From Candidatus Poribacteria bacterium (GTDB lineage Bacteria; Poribacteria; WGA-4E; WGA-3G), in the NCBI GenBank assembly GCA_022827625.1, contig JAJEIE010000024.1:40227-104226 (forward strand): 64,000 bases of DNA, in the 5' to 3' direction. The notes under the pieces are model-generated. The model had not been told where the DNA came from and ran no database searches. It saw only the letters and a program-made list of their open reading frames with translations. Of this stretch, positions 63,023 to 64,000 are shown piece after piece. A program made the position numbers and the translations under genes. Each line of letters starts with the position of its first letter. The stretch's first letter is position 1.

Positions 63023-64000
63023 ATGAAAAAATTGCTGCTCTCTCTTATCGTTTTAGGATTACTCATCAACTGGATGCCCACGTCTGCCGAAGCAGATGCG
63101 CCGGTAACAAACATTCCTTCGATAACAAGGACGCAGTCGGGGGTATTTCATGCCGCCATTATTTTCGGCGAAGCTGTAGACGGTTTTACACAATCGGATA
63201 TTACACTAAGTCCCAGCGGTCTGGCGAGTGTGACGCGTTTCACTGGTAGTGATGGTGATAGCCAATATACAATCCAAATAACACCAGCCGATGGGCAGGA
63301 AGGCACGTTGACGATTTCAGTAGCAGCGGATGTCGCAACCGCAACTACCGGTGGCGAAGGGAACCAGGCTGGATCGGGGACGGTAGCGATCGATACGCTG
63401 GGTTCTACGCTAACAATTACGCCGCCAACAGGGACGCCGACGGGAGCATTTGATGTGACATTTGCGTTCGTTCCAACAGTGACCGGTTTTGCACAGGACG
63501 ATATTGTAGTAACGAATGGTGCACGCGTGACGAGCTTCACTGGTAGTGATAATGACACCTCCTATACAGCAACAATAATACCTAAGGTTACAGGGAACGT
63601 GCAAATCAGCGTGAGTGCGGACAAAGCACAGGATGACCTTGGAAATGGGAACATCGCAGCATCCGCTACGGTAGCAGTCGACCTGCCGCATGGCATAATG
63701 GTGATGGAGCCCGACGACGGACCGCATAACGCCGCTTTTGAAGTGATGATTATGTTCACTGAAACCGTGGGCAGTTTTACAGCAAGTGATATTACGTTAA
63801 GCCCGAGTAGCCTCGCGACCGTGACGAGTGTCACAGGGAACGAACCGACGTATACAGCCACAATCACACCGGCTAATAATAAGAGCGGCGATGTGGACAT
63901 CTCCGTGGCGGCAGGTGCTGTACAAGACAGTAATAGCATGAACTATCCCGCCTCAAATACAGTGACGGTGGCGGTAGACACGGAACGTCCAACGGTGGAC
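63023..64000 (+). CDS. secreted repetitive Ig-like (Big-type) surface protein, partial (continues past the window end)
   Basis: Absent from the ORF track because it has no stop. My translation from ATG 63023 gives MKKLLLSLIVLGLLINWMPTSAEA (signal peptide). Modules of about 90 aa follow, each reading F.V.I.F.E.V.GFT.SDITLS...VTS.TG....YT.TITPA..G.V.ISV.A....D..GN.N.AS..V.VD. Confidence 0.7.
   Translation, partial: MKKLLLSLIVLGLLINWMPTSAEADAPVTNIPSITRTQSGVFHAAIIFGEAVDGFTQSDITLSPSGLASVTRFTGSDGDSQYTIQITPADGQEGTLTISVAADVATATTGGEGNQAGSGTVAIDTLGSTLTITPPTGTPTGAFDVTFAFVPTVTGFAQDDIVVTNGARVTSFTGSDNDTSYTATIIPKVTGNVQISVSADKAQDDLGNGNIAASATVAVDLPHGIMVMEPDDGPHNAAFEVMIMFTETVGSFTASDITLSPSSLATVTSVTGNEPTYTATITPANNKSGDVDISVAAGAVQDSNSMNYPASNTVTVAVDTERPTVD

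Noticed and set aside
1-64000. tRNA, rRNA and tmRNA genes.
   Set aside because: I scanned by eye for T-arm-like GGTTCGAATCC motifs and rRNA signatures and found nothing convincing. tRNAscan-SE or Infernal should confirm this.

Overview
This 64-kb window comes from an uncultivated diderm (Gram-negative-type) bacterium. I cannot assign a taxon from the sequence alone.

Contents from left to right:
- The start of an atp operon (atpZ-like, atpI-like, and partial atpB on the minus strand).
- A patch rich in ECF sigma modules.
- Three tandem DUF5694-like paralogs.
- A four-gene ECF sigma / anti-sigma / DUF4252 / outer-membrane-barrel operon.
- An MDR dehydrogenase and two aldolase-type genes.
- tyrS, the class II (B12) ribonucleotide reductase nrdJ, RNase P RNA, hyuB and an oxidoreductase.
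- A complete dcw cell-wall/division cluster of about 19 kb: rsmH-ftsL-ftsI-murE-[alpha/beta hydrolase]-murF-ddl-mraY-murD-ftsW-murG-murC-ftsQ-ftsA-ftsZ.
- A radical-SAM gene and secreted LamG, TPR and CRTAC1-type proteins.
- A type II R-M pair.
- An accessory-looking right end: an epimerase, a small thioredoxin-fold gene, an oxidoreductase plus a discoidin-domain protein, an orphan 983-aa primase-polymerase-like/wHTH protein flanked by tandem repeats and an 850-bp AT-rich non-coding stretch, and a repetitive Ig-like surface protein running off the window.

Most notable observations:
1. At 6831..8042 a single ORF fuses an ECF sigma factor to a close paralog of the N-terminal GTPase domain of the organism's own FtsZ. 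It is truncated before the T7 loop. I do not know this architecture, and it suggests a link between division-ring state and transcription.
2. At 56547..56888 an ArsC/Spx-family redox gene has an in-frame TGA exactly at the first Cys of its CxxC motif, making it a candidate selenoprotein.
3. The orphan 983-aa primase-polymerase-like protein lies next to 3 x 64-bp iteron-like repeats and an R-M pair.
4. Several families of dispersed intergenic palindromic repeats are present.
5. Three unrelated secreted proteins share a portable C-terminal KLxTTWxxIK tail.

No tRNA, rRNA, CRISPR array, integrase or transposase was recognised.
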